In this document: positions 18,367 through 27,197 of the stretch, piece by piece | Layout: each line of letters starts with the position of its first letter | Numbering within the stretch: position 1 is the stretch's first letter | Origin: Candidatus Eiseniibacteriota bacterium | Lineage (GTDB): Bacteria; Arandabacterota; Arandabacteria; Arandabacterales; Arandabacteraceae | Direction: 5' to 3' | Assembly: GCA_043810925.1 (NCBI GenBank) | Contig: JBDRNT010000036.1 | Span: forward strand, 22,002 to 86,001 | Length of the DNA: 64,000 bases | Translations under genes and position numbers: made by a program | The notes under the pieces: model-generated | Database searches by the model: none | What the model was told of the DNA's origin: nothing | Seen by the model: only the letters and a program-made list of their open reading frames with translations

Positions 18367-20165
18367 TTCTGTAAACCCACTGTCTGTGCCGTCAGGCAAT
18401 CCATGTTGTTCTTAAAAGCCCTGCACTCCGCACATCTCTTGTCTGCATGGGGGCTTCCATCCCGGGCCGAGTGACACGCCACCCCCTCGGTGAGGAAACA
18501 GCGCCAGTCATCCTGCACGTACGCCGGGCAACGGCCCCGGAGCGCGGGATCACAGTCCGTGATCTGCCAGCACTTCCTTGAGCCCACCCCGTCGACATCG
18601 GGATGTATGTTCTTTACCGCCGCGTGTACCGCATCCGCGACATCGTCGATCGTAGTGAGATACATGGAGACTTCATCCCGTATGCGTTCAAGCGAGATCA
18701 TCGACTTATCCAGATCGTCTTCACCCCTTGCCAGCGCCTCCGAAAGAGGTCCGGTGTCAGGAGCTCGTTCAGGCCCATGAGGAGCCGCCACGTCATGGCC
18801 GGTCTGGGACAGCACTTTCACCACCGTTGCGGTGGCAAGTGTCTCTCCCGTCGTCCATTTTGCGAATTTATGCGATTCAAGCCGCCTTGCTATGTCGGTC
18901 ACCCTGTGTATCGAGCGAACCACGTGACTACTGTCGATCTTGTGTTCGAACGTCGACGCCGCGATCTGCTTGGCCATGCTTCGTGAAGATTCGAATGACT
19001 CGAACACTTTCTCAAGCACCATCCCCGCGTTGCGCGTCAGCAGCTCGCCTCTCTCGACTCTCTGCAGGCTCTTCTTCATACCCTGCACGACGTTGGCGAC
19101 ATTCTGCTGTACAGCCCTGACGAGGTCACTGATCTCCTGGGTGGAGGAACTTGTTCTTTCCGCAAGTCCCCTTATCTCCTCGGCAACGACCCCGAACGCC
19201 TTGCCGTGTTCACCCGACTGGGCCGCGATGATCGCTGCGTTCAGAGCGAGAAGATTGGTCTCATCTGCAATATCTCCGATCACCTCGACGATCTTACCGA
19301 CCTCTTGCGACCATCGTCCAAGGTCTTCGACTGCGGTCGCAGCCTCTTTGACTGTTGCTATGATGGCTTCGTTCTCTTTAGCCATCTCCCCAACAACCTT
19401 GGTGCCCTCGAGGGCAACCCGGTTGGCGGTGTCTGTTGACGATTCAAGTTCCTTCCCGCTGTTGGCCATATCCTGTAAAAACGAATCAAGACGTGACATT
19501 GAGTATGCGGTCTCTTCGGTCGAGGCGATCAACTCCTTGGCGTTGTGGTCGACCTCCCTCAGGGTCTCCCCCATCTCTCTCACGCCCGAGATTACCTCAT
19601 CGAGGACGGAACCTACCGCGGAAGGCGCGCCGGCGACCGGAATGCCCATTGCTCCGGGGTTCTCCCCTCCTGCCTTGCTTGCGGGTGCCGAAGATGCGCC
19701 GCCACCGGATGTTTCCCGCGCAGAAGCCAGTGTGGTCTTCAGTGCCGTGCACCTGTCAAGTGCGTTTTGAACCGCCTCGAGGATTCCCGCACCGGTAGTC
19801 TTTGCCGCGTCTCTTGTTCCGGACACCCGGACTGCAATCTCGTAGCAGGTTCTCAGGATCTCCCCGCACGAGAACCTGCGGTCGAGGATCCCGGCCGCGA
19901 AGTCGGAGTAACCGTCAAGACCGGGCACGGCCGTCTGGCTCGCCTCTCTGCCGTTCCTTATGGATTCCGACAGCCTTAGCAGTGGCAGCTCATACCTGAC
20001 CAGCCGCCGCAACCAGACAGCGAAGGACAGTCCGATGAAGATGACCGTGCATACCATCACAATGACGCCCCAGTGGGTAAGCACACCGGCTATGGAACAG
20101 ACGAGGGCCAGTCCCATGGATGAAGTCAGGAGCCAGATGTCTCGTGGAACTTTATGCTTCGCCAA
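18363..20165 (-). CDS. Methyl-accepting chemotaxis protein with C-terminal Cys-rich (two-CW-like) domain
   Basis: TTG start after GGAGG; two N-terminal TMs; IADETNLLALNAAI..AQSGEHGKAFGVVAEEIR; CWQITDC...CPAY...CF...C...CAEC tail. Confidence 0.85.
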   Translation of the reverse strand: MAKHKVPRDIWLLTSSMGLALVCSIAGVLTHWGVIVMVCTVIFIGLSFAVWLRRLVRYELPLLRLSESIRNGREASQTAVPGLDGYSDFAAGILDRRFSCGEILRTCYEIAVRVSGTRDAAKTTGAGILEAVQNALDRCTALKTTLASARETSGGGASSAPASKAGGENPGAMGIPVAGAPSAVGSVLDEVISGVREMGETLREVDHNAKELIASTEETAYSMSRLDSFLQDMANSGKELESSTDTANRVALEGTKVVGEMAKENEAIIATVKEAATAVEDLGRWSQEVGKIVEVIGDIADETNLLALNAAIIAAQSGEHGKAFGVVAEEIRGLAERTSSSTQEISDLVRAVQQNVANVVQGMKKSLQRVERGELLTRNAGMVLEKVFESFESSRSMAKQIAASTFEHKIDSSHVVRSIHRVTDIARRLESHKFAKWTTGETLATATVVKVLSQTGHDVAAPHGPERAPDTGPLSEALARGEDDLDKSMISLERIRDEVSMYLTTIDDVADAVHAAVKNIHPDVDGVGSRKCWQITDCDPALRGRCPAYVQDDWRCFLTEGVACHSARDGSPHADKRCAECRAFKNNMDCLTAQTVGLQK

Positions 20166-20204
20166 CAGAACCTCCTGAGTTCGGCATGATGGCATTCCTT
20201 TTAT

Positions 20205-20232
20205 CTATCGTCAAACACCCGACTTTGCATTA
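20205..20232 (-). promoter_or_regulatory. Possible sigma28 promoter for MCP-ATPase
   Basis: TAAT-N16-GACGATAG. Confidence 0.4.
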
Positions 20233-22767
20233 GAGGTTCCGTGCAAGATCAGGTCGGGAAACGTCCCCGGACCCGTCGCGGCCCAGAAGTGCCCGGCTGA
20301 GTGTGCCGCGAATATCGAGAACCCTCACCCCGCTGCCCTTCCACTCGAATACACCGAACGTCGCGAGACCACTGGATCCGTCCTGGAGAGGATCGGGTTT
20401 CAGCCTCTGGTGTGGAAGCACGAAGTGCCCGAGCACTTCAGTGGCACCGAAGCCGCATCTTTCCGGGAACTTAAGCAAGATCATTCTGCGAATGTTCTCT
20501 TGCCCGGCCGCTCCGGGCCCCGGCATCCCGATCAACCCATGACACATTCCCCGGGCGAAGAAGAGACCCTGCCATTCCTTGCCGAGTACGGGCATAGCAG
20601 TGATTCTGCGGGTCGGGATGACCTCGCTCAGCAACCCAAGGGGTACGCCGTATAGATCGCCCCCCCGGCTGAAGACGAGGATTCTGAGCATCCTCTCCCG
20701 CGTCCATTCCTCGGCGGGGGCGGAAGTCCCCGACAGGAGCTCTTCGGCGGTATCGACTCTGACTTCGCATTCACCAGCGGATTCTCTGAGTATCTCCTCA
20801 GGCTGGATTATCACAGCAGCTCTTCCATCGTCCAGTTCCGCAGCGCCTGTAATGAAACGCGGTGCAATCATCGCTGCGGGTAGCGGCCGAGTCACGATAT
20901 CGGTCTCACCGCGTACTCTTTCTACCGCTACCGCACGTCTGCTCTCACCAACGCCCACAATCACGATGAAGCCGGCGTCACGGGGTTCGTCAATCCCGAA
21001 CATTTCCGAGAGCACCGCCACCCTTATATCGACACCCTTGTACGTGATTGTCCCCTTCTCCTCTACCTCTTCACGCCTGGCTCGGGTGAGACGCAGAACC
21101 TCGACTACGCTGCCGAGCGGTACTACCGCCGGCACGTCGCCCTCTTCCACAAGAATACCTCTCGATACCGCAAGCGCCAGAGGCACCCAGATGGAGAACT
21201 TGGACCCTTCGCCGGGGTGTGTGTCGACGGTTATCATGCCTCTCATGGCTTCGATCTGGGTCTTGGCGGCATCGAGCCCGACCCCGCGCCCCGAGATTTC
21301 GTCCGCCTCTTCCTTGGTGCTCAAGCCCGCTTTAAAGAGCAGAACAAGCGGAGACTCGCCGTCCTCAAGCCGGATCCCCCTGGCTTTGGCCGAAGCCCTG
21401 ACCTTCTCCTCGTCTATGCCGCGGCCATCGTCCTCTATATCGATTCGAATGTGACTGCCGTCCTGTCGGGCCTTGACCAGGATCGTACCCTCAGCGGGTT
21501 TGCCGCTTTGGGTTCTCTCATCGGATGATTCGATCCCGTGGTCGACCGCGTTCCTTATGATGTGGAGTACAGGATCGTGAAGCCGCTGAAGGAGAGCCCT
21601 GTCCACCTGTGTGGACTCGCCCTCAAACGCCAGTTTGAGCGTCTTGCCCCTGTGCCTGGCAAGCCTTCTGACTTCTCCCCTGTAGCGTTCAAACAGCATC
21701 GAAATGGGTGTCAGTCGCACCGAGGTGATCGAGCCTTCAAGGTCCGCGATCCGCTTGTCGAGCAGGATACCGAGTTTCAGGAGATCGTCCCTGAGCCTCC
21801 TTGTGCGGTCGCTGCGAGGGAGCCTGTTGGCGACTCCCATCAGTCCCGCTCTCACCGTGTAAATCTCGCTCACCGTATTCATCATGGAATCGAGAATCGC
21901 AATATCGACCTTGACCGCAAGCTGCGACTTCACCGGTACGCTATCATCGGCCTTGCTCTCACCAGGGCCCTTTCCGCCTGTATCAGCCTTTTCGGTGCCC
22001 TGACTCACGGGTTGGCCGGACGTACGCTTCCGGGGGGTGATCTCTCGAACCCGGGCGCCCACCACTGCGACCATATTCTCGAACTCGTCGTGGCTACCGC
22101 TGAGCACGTACACGAGACGTATGCTGGATCGTGCGCCTGCCGTGGTGGGAAAGACCCAGATGATCTCACCGAGACCCGCCAGGCTTCTGAGTTTCTCGCC
22201 GTTGGTACCGAAACCTGTGTCACCCGCCCCAATCTCGATGTCATAGACACGGTTCCCGCGCCTCAGACTCTTTACGACCGACCGCTGCTCCAACGGCTGG
22301 AGGTCTCTTAGAATCTCGTCATCGAGAATTGTGTCGAGCTCCGGTGAACCGCCCGTGTCCGTATCCTTAGACTGGGTGCTGAGCGAGGCAAGGAAGGCCT
22401 CTATCTTGCGCACGACTGCGGCGGAATCATCTTCAGCATCATAGCCCGTCGCTCTCTTAAGCAAGATGCCCATCTCGTCGAGAGCTTCAAGAAGGAGATC
22501 CGCCACCGCGCTGTCGACAGCAAGATCTCCACTGCGTACAAGCTCCAGCAGGTTCTCCACGGCCTCCGCAACCTTCGAAACCCCGTGAAGATCAAACATC
22601 CCCGCAGTGCCCTTGAGTGAATGGGCTGTGCGAAAGAGCAGGTCCACCTGTGACCGGCCTATCGACTCGTCCGGTTCTCGCCCTGTAAGGCTCCTTGACA
22701 TCTCCTCGATTGTCTCGGAAGCGTCAGCGATGAAGTCCTGCTTCATCCGCGCCATAGGATCGTGCAT
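20230..22767 (-). CDS. cheA: Chemotaxis histidine kinase CheA with an extra C-terminal CheW domain
   Basis: FRTAHSLKG HPt, HIIRNAVDHG, DDGRG, SGRGVGLD, two CheW-like domains. Confidence 0.9.
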   Translation of the reverse strand: MHDPMARMKQDFIADASETIEEMSRSLTGREPDESIGRSQVDLLFRTAHSLKGTAGMFDLHGVSKVAEAVENLLELVRSGDLAVDSAVADLLLEALDEMGILLKRATGYDAEDDSAAVVRKIEAFLASLSTQSKDTDTGGSPELDTILDDEILRDLQPLEQRSVVKSLRRGNRVYDIEIGAGDTGFGTNGEKLRSLAGLGEIIWVFPTTAGARSSIRLVYVLSGSHDEFENMVAVVGARVREITPRKRTSGQPVSQGTEKADTGGKGPGESKADDSVPVKSQLAVKVDIAILDSMMNTVSEIYTVRAGLMGVANRLPRSDRTRRLRDDLLKLGILLDKRIADLEGSITSVRLTPISMLFERYRGEVRRLARHRGKTLKLAFEGESTQVDRALLQRLHDPVLHIIRNAVDHGIESSDERTQSGKPAEGTILVKARQDGSHIRIDIEDDGRGIDEEKVRASAKARGIRLEDGESPLVLLFKAGLSTKEEADEISGRGVGLDAAKTQIEAMRGMITVDTHPGEGSKFSIWVPLALAVSRGILVEEGDVPAVVPLGSVVEVLRLTRARREEVEEKGTITYKGVDIRVAVLSEMFGIDEPRDAGFIVIVGVGESRRAVAVERVRGETDIVTRPLPAAMIAPRFITGAAELDDGRAAVIIQPEEILRESAGECEVRVDTAEELLSGTSAPAEEWTRERMLRILVFSRGGDLYGVPLGLLSEVIPTRRITAMPVLGKEWQGLFFARGMCHGLIGMPGPGAAGQENIRRMILLKFPERCGFGATEVLGHFVLPHQRLKPDPLQDGSSGLATFGVFEWKGSGVRVLDIRGTLSRALLGRDGSGDVSRPDLARNL

Positions 22768-22788
22768 ATACGTTTGCCTCCATACGAA

Positions 22789-22816
22789 CAATCGGCACGT
22801 TGGCGACAAGCCTTTA
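22789..22816 (-). promoter_or_regulatory. sigma28 promoter for cheA
   Basis: TAAA-N16-GCCGATTG directly upstream of the GGAGG RBS. Confidence 0.65.
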
Positions 22817-22842
22817 TAATTGCTGGAAATGAAGGTGAGATT

Positions 22843-23217
22843 TTACTGCTGGAGAGTCCCTTCCGCCAGATACTGTTCAATCATCAGCCGGTCATAGCTG
22901 TCTATTTCCGTGAAGAAACATCCTATCTCGTATGTCTTAGTCTTGTCGTCGGGTTTCTCAGGAACAATTCGGACCACCATGCCCTCACACACAATGACGT
23001 GTTCCTCATCCTTGCCGGCCGTGTCCCGGATCGGGATTGCTATGGACACCCTGAGTTTGGTGAGTACCGGGACGAAGAAGGGCACCTTGCAATAGAACCC
23101 GCCGGCGCTCAGGTTTACGGTTCTGGCTTTGAATGCGTGTCCGTCGGCGGACAGACCCTTGGCGTCGATCGGCACCTCAAGTGTCGCGCGCCGGTGTTTT
23201 CTCCTCTCCTCAACCAT
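22843..23217 (-). CDS. Stand-alone PilZ domain protein
   Basis: ERRKHRR (RxxxR) and NLSAGG (D/NxSxxG). Confidence 0.88.
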   Translation of the reverse strand: MVEERRKHRRATLEVPIDAKGLSADGHAFKARTVNLSAGGFYCKVPFFVPVLTKLRVSIAIPIRDTAGKDEEHVIVCEGMVVRIVPEKPDDKTKTYEIGCFFTEIDSYDRLMIEQYLAEGTLQQ

Positions 23218-23355
23218 TCTGCCCTCCTTGCTTGAGCCACCCAATCGTAGCAGATGACGCGACAAAGCCGCAAGATCTTTCCTTAACCATTGACTTCGAC
23301 ACGGATTGAAATATCATTAAGTTGGAAGACCGACTTGGGGTATTGGAGGAGAGAC

Positions 23356-24225
23356 GTGAATCGCACGGTTCTGGTTGGCCTGTTCATCCTTGTGTTCATG
23401 GTGGCCTGTGGCCGGGACCGGGACCGTCCTGAGCCTGTAGCCGCCAACATCACCTGGTATACGTCGATAGATGAGGCGGAACTCGACGCCCAGCAAGACG
23501 GAGACCTCATGTTACTCAGTTTCGGGGCGTCCTGGTGTCCATGGTCAAGACTCATGAGAGAAAGCCTTTTTGTGAATAGCGCGGTAGTCGAGTCACTGGC
23601 CTCTGTCCGGTGCGTGGGAATCAACATCGATCGAGACACCAGCCTCGTTCGGGAATTCGGCGTAGTCCTCTATCCGACCGCAGTTGTGACGGACGCCTAT
23701 GGAGGCGAGATCGGCAGGATGACCGGGTACCACACGCCTGAGGAGTTCCTCGCACGGCTGACCTGTCTCAGGCAGCGTGAGGATGAGCTCGCCGGCATGT
23801 TCAAACAGGAAGAGACCCTGGCCAACGATCCTACTTTCCTCATCGCTTTCGGGAAGTTCTTGGTCGAGATGGGGATGTATGACGGAGCACTGATAAGGTT
23901 TGACCGGGCCACACAGATTGATGAGGATGACCGTTTCGGCACGCTCGAGGAGGCCACGTATTCACTTGCGGAGTGTTACATGCTCGACCACGAGTACAAG
24001 GAAGCCGCGCGCAGGTTCCGGCTGTTCACCGGGGAATATCCCGGCAGCGACAGGGCCGAGCAGGCTGCGGTCCTTGCCGCACTCTGCTATCAGGAAGTCG
24101 ACTACTACAAAGTGGCTACAGAAATATACGAGGACTATCTGGAGACCTTCCCGGACGGCGAGTTTGCTCAATTCGTGAGGGCGAGGATTGACAGCCTGGA
24201 GGCGAGGAAACAAAACGGAAGCTGA
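23356..24225 (+). CDS. Lipoprotein with thioredoxin-like (WCPWS) and TPR domains
   Basis: GTG after GGAGGA; lipobox MVAC; FGASWCPWS; YPT cis-Pro motif; C-terminal TPR helices. Confidence 0.75.
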   Translation: MNRTVLVGLFILVFMVACGRDRDRPEPVAANITWYTSIDEAELDAQQDGDLMLLSFGASWCPWSRLMRESLFVNSAVVESLASVRCVGINIDRDTSLVREFGVVLYPTAVVTDAYGGEIGRMTGYHTPEEFLARLTCLRQREDELAGMFKQEETLANDPTFLIAFGKFLVEMGMYDGALIRFDRATQIDEDDRFGTLEEATYSLAECYMLDHEYKEAARRFRLFTGEYPGSDRAEQAAVLAALCYQEVDYYKVATEIYEDYLETFPDGEFAQFVRARIDSLEARKQNGS

Positions 24226-24302
24226 TTTGTGCTTTTCTCTCGCCTCGGTCATGACGATATGATACAATGTGCGGCGTCTAAGTAACTGAAGGGAGACATA
24301 CA

Positions 24303-25166
24303 ATGATTAAGTGGATATCGATCACCCTGCTACTCGCAGTCCTGGTCTCAGGATCAGCATCCGGACTTGAGAAGAGACCCTTCTTGATGAAAGAGGACTA
24401 CGGCATCGAAGCATTGACTGAGTGCACTTTGCAGTATTACTACTATATTCCCTGCCCCACGTATTCATGGTTCTGGGAGATGACCGGCTGGCAGCCCGGT
24501 GATATCATCGGGCAGCTCTTCACCGTCGGAGACACGCCGACAGGCGGCTACGTTCCATGCGATACGGTGGCTTGCTACACGTTGACAGGTGTGAGAGTGC
24601 TTGATTTCGCGGGCTACGGCGTAACCTATCCGGGCAGTTTCACTGTCGAATTCGATGTTTACTGCGCCGGTGCGGACGGCTGTCCCGTCGGCCCTTCCCT
24701 CTGGAACAGCGGTCCGGTTGAGACCCAATTCAGCTGGAATGAGATACTCATTGATCCGCCGCTGGATCTGAGTGGTTGCTATATCCATGCAGGCCCGCCT
24801 GCGTCAACACCGAGGTTCCTCGTAACTGCGACTCATACAGGTACGGACGGTACCTACCCGGCCTGGGGTTTCGATAACGTCGGTACAGCAGTCATTGATG
24901 GCTGTGCTATGCATGCCTTTGGCTGCCTCCCAGCCCTCTATCCGAGGCCGTCTGTAAGCCACTATCCAACCATGCGCTCAGGCTTCTACGGTGAGAACGA
25001 AACGTTCGAGTATTGCCCGCCTGAGCGTTTCGTTGACGGAGCGGACACCACCTTTGATGCCAGGGTGTACGGCCTGGTTGAACTCGCCTGGCGAGTCCAA
25101 CTCGATTGCGACCCCAATGCCACAGAGGAGACAACCTGGGGCAAGGTGAAGTCACTCTACAGATAG
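24303..25166 (+). CDS. Secreted Cys-rich protein with TWGKVKSLYR C-terminus (paralogue 1)
   Basis: Signal peptide; LQYYYYIPCPTYSWFW and RVLDFAGYG shared with 26223-27155 and 31467-32414. Confidence 0.75.
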   Translation: MIKWISITLLLAVLVSGSASGLEKRPFLMKEDYGIEALTECTLQYYYYIPCPTYSWFWEMTGWQPGDIIGQLFTVGDTPTGGYVPCDTVACYTLTGVRVLDFAGYGVTYPGSFTVEFDVYCAGADGCPVGPSLWNSGPVETQFSWNEILIDPPLDLSGCYIHAGPPASTPRFLVTATHTGTDGTYPAWGFDNVGTAVIDGCAMHAFGCLPALYPRPSVSHYPTMRSGFYGENETFEYCPPERFVDGADTTFDARVYGLVELAWRVQLDCDPNATEETTWGKVKSLYR

Positions 25167-25214
25167 GGCTGAGCCTGTCCGGGATTCAGATCTAACGCGC
25201 CCTGGAACGTGACC

Positions 25215-26084
25215 ATGCGATATGGCATCATAGTCAACCCCGCAGCCGGCGAAATACAGGTCGATGAGAAGCGAAATATAGTTGAGAGATGCGCCTCCAT
25301 CCTAGGCATCGGGACACTGACTGCCGGCTGGGATGCCGGGACGGCCGGCGAGCTGTGTGACTGTGCTGCAGAGATGGCGGACCGGGTTGACGTCCTCGTG
25401 GTCGCGGGCGGTGACGGGACTCTATCGGACGTAATCAACACCATCGACGGACAGACCGTGCTTGCCTACTTGCCCCTGGGATCGGGAAACGCCTGGCGAA
25501 ACACGCTTGGTCTGCCCCGGTCGCTTGAGAAGGTTGCAGAGAGAATTCGCGACGGCAAGATACGCTTGATCGATCTCGTACTCTGTGATGAGACACGCAA
25601 AGGCCTGCTTGCGAGTGTCGGGATCGAGGGCCATGCGCTGAGCGAGCGCGAAAAACTGCTTGAGCAAGGTGTCACCGGGTTTGACGCATACTTCAGAGCT
25701 ACCACGAAATCGCTCTTTGGGGGTTTCAAGGGCGAAGACGCAGACTTGACGATCGATGGCGAACCGCACAAGCTGGTCACGGCCTTATCACTCGTCGTCA
25801 CCAAGACTCCCTTCTATGGCTACGGCTTCAAGGTCGTGCCAGGTGCGAAACTCACCGACGGTCACCTCCATCTCCTTCTCGTAAGCGGCGACCCATCGGC
25901 GGCGATCTCAGGCCTTGTAACCTCACTCCTTGGCGGTAACAGAGTCGGGCTCTACACGACCTGCAAGGAAGTCTCGCTCAGGACCCGCCAGGAGCTCCAC
26001 CTGCAGGTGGACGGTAATCTCGTAAGAGAGGGCACCGACTTCAGCTTCCGCATCCTCCCCACCGCCCTCCAAATGAAATACTGA
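25215..26084 (+). CDS. Diacylglycerol kinase-family lipid kinase (YegS/BmrU-like)
   Basis: IVNPAAG, AGGDGT, LPLGSGN, QVDG. Confidence 0.88.
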   Translation: MRYGIIVNPAAGEIQVDEKRNIVERCASILGIGTLTAGWDAGTAGELCDCAAEMADRVDVLVVAGGDGTLSDVINTIDGQTVLAYLPLGSGNAWRNTLGLPRSLEKVAERIRDGKIRLIDLVLCDETRKGLLASVGIEGHALSEREKLLEQGVTGFDAYFRATTKSLFGGFKGEDADLTIDGEPHKLVTALSLVVTKTPFYGYGFKVVPGAKLTDGHLHLLLVSGDPSAAISGLVTSLLGGNRVGLYTTCKEVSLRTRQELHLQVDGNLVREGTDFSFRILPTALQMKY

Positions 26085-26085
26085 T

Positions 26086-26122
26086 GGGGTCAGGCTTTGA
26101 TTTCTGGAATCGCGAGCCCTGA
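26086..26122. repeat. Degenerate GGGGTCAGG REP-like element
   Basis: GGGGTCAGGCTTTGA...GAGCCCTGA just after a stop codon. Confidence 0.35.
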
Positions 26123-26222
26123 TGGAGCCAGGTCATGAAATGTAGCGGCGCGTCACCTGTGGTGGCAGGGAGTGGTGACGGGGAGTGCCGTAGTGGCGGG
26201 GCTCAGCGCCCGCCGAGTCTTC

Positions 26223-27155
26223 CTACTTGAAGAGGTTCTTGATCCCGCCCCAACTGGTCGGGAATGGAGACTCTTGATCCAGTCAGGGAGACTCACAATA
26301 CAGGTAAATGCGCCATGCTGCCTCAGCGAAACCGTACCAGCAAAGCGCACCTTCACTGGCGTGCTTTCCATCGGGAATCCCAAGTGGCGGCAAGTGCTCG
26401 AAGGCATGCCTTCCGACATAACCCGAGTGGGCGCTAGGAGCTTCGCCGCCCGGCCAGCCCCGCGGATACACTGCCGGCAGGCACCCTGAATCATGCATCT
26501 CACAGCCCAACTCCACCGCTGTTCCCACATTGTCGAAACCGAAAGCCGGGTAGACCCCGTTGGTGCCGGTGCAGGTCATTGTGACGATTATACTCAGGGC
26601 ATCGAGCCCGGATTCATAGCAGTCGCCGATGTTAACTCCGAACCACTCCTCACCAATATCAAAGTAGTTCCAACCGAAACCCGTTTCGAGAGGCCTGCTG
26701 TTCCAGATGTGCTTCAGGGGGCTCAGGCTTGCGTCCGAACACCAGACATCCATTTCAATAGTAAATAGCCCCGGATAGTACGTGCCGTAGCCCGCGAAAT
26801 CCAGTACGCGAATCCCTGTGAGCCCGTGACAGTAAGTCGGATCGCAGGCATCGAAACCACCCGTCCCAAAATCACCAATCCTGAAGCAGGCACCTATCCT
26901 GTCGCCCGGCTCCCACCCGTACACACCCCAGAACCACGAATAGGTCGGGCACGGAATATAGTAGTAATACTGGAGCGGGCAGTCATAGCGGGGCTCGCCC
27001 CCGAAGTCCTCCTCAATCTGGTAGGGTTTGACCTCAAAAGGGTGAATGTCGCTCCAGACCTTCCGGGGCCGCACTTCAATGGAGCTCGCATCGGAGACGC
27101 AAAAGCACATCGAGGCGACGGCGAGCACCCAACCAAGTCTTAGGGCTCTCAACAT
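26223..27155 (-). CDS. Secreted Cys-rich SWGGIKNLFK protein (paralogue 2) with in-frame TGA at 26283-26285
   Basis: Frame continues past TGA as LDQESPFPTSWGGIKNLFK to TAG at 26223, collinear with paralogue 3. Confidence 0.7.
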
Positions 27156-27197
27156 CCTGAGTCAACCTCCTCAATCGTTACTGATCATAACAGAATC

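Noticed and set aside
17260-22311. Long plus-strand ORFs of 250-290 aa (17260, 18940, 20579, 21538) and 8784-9506
   Set aside because: Antisense shadows of well-supported genes in GC-rich DNA with no recognisable motifs
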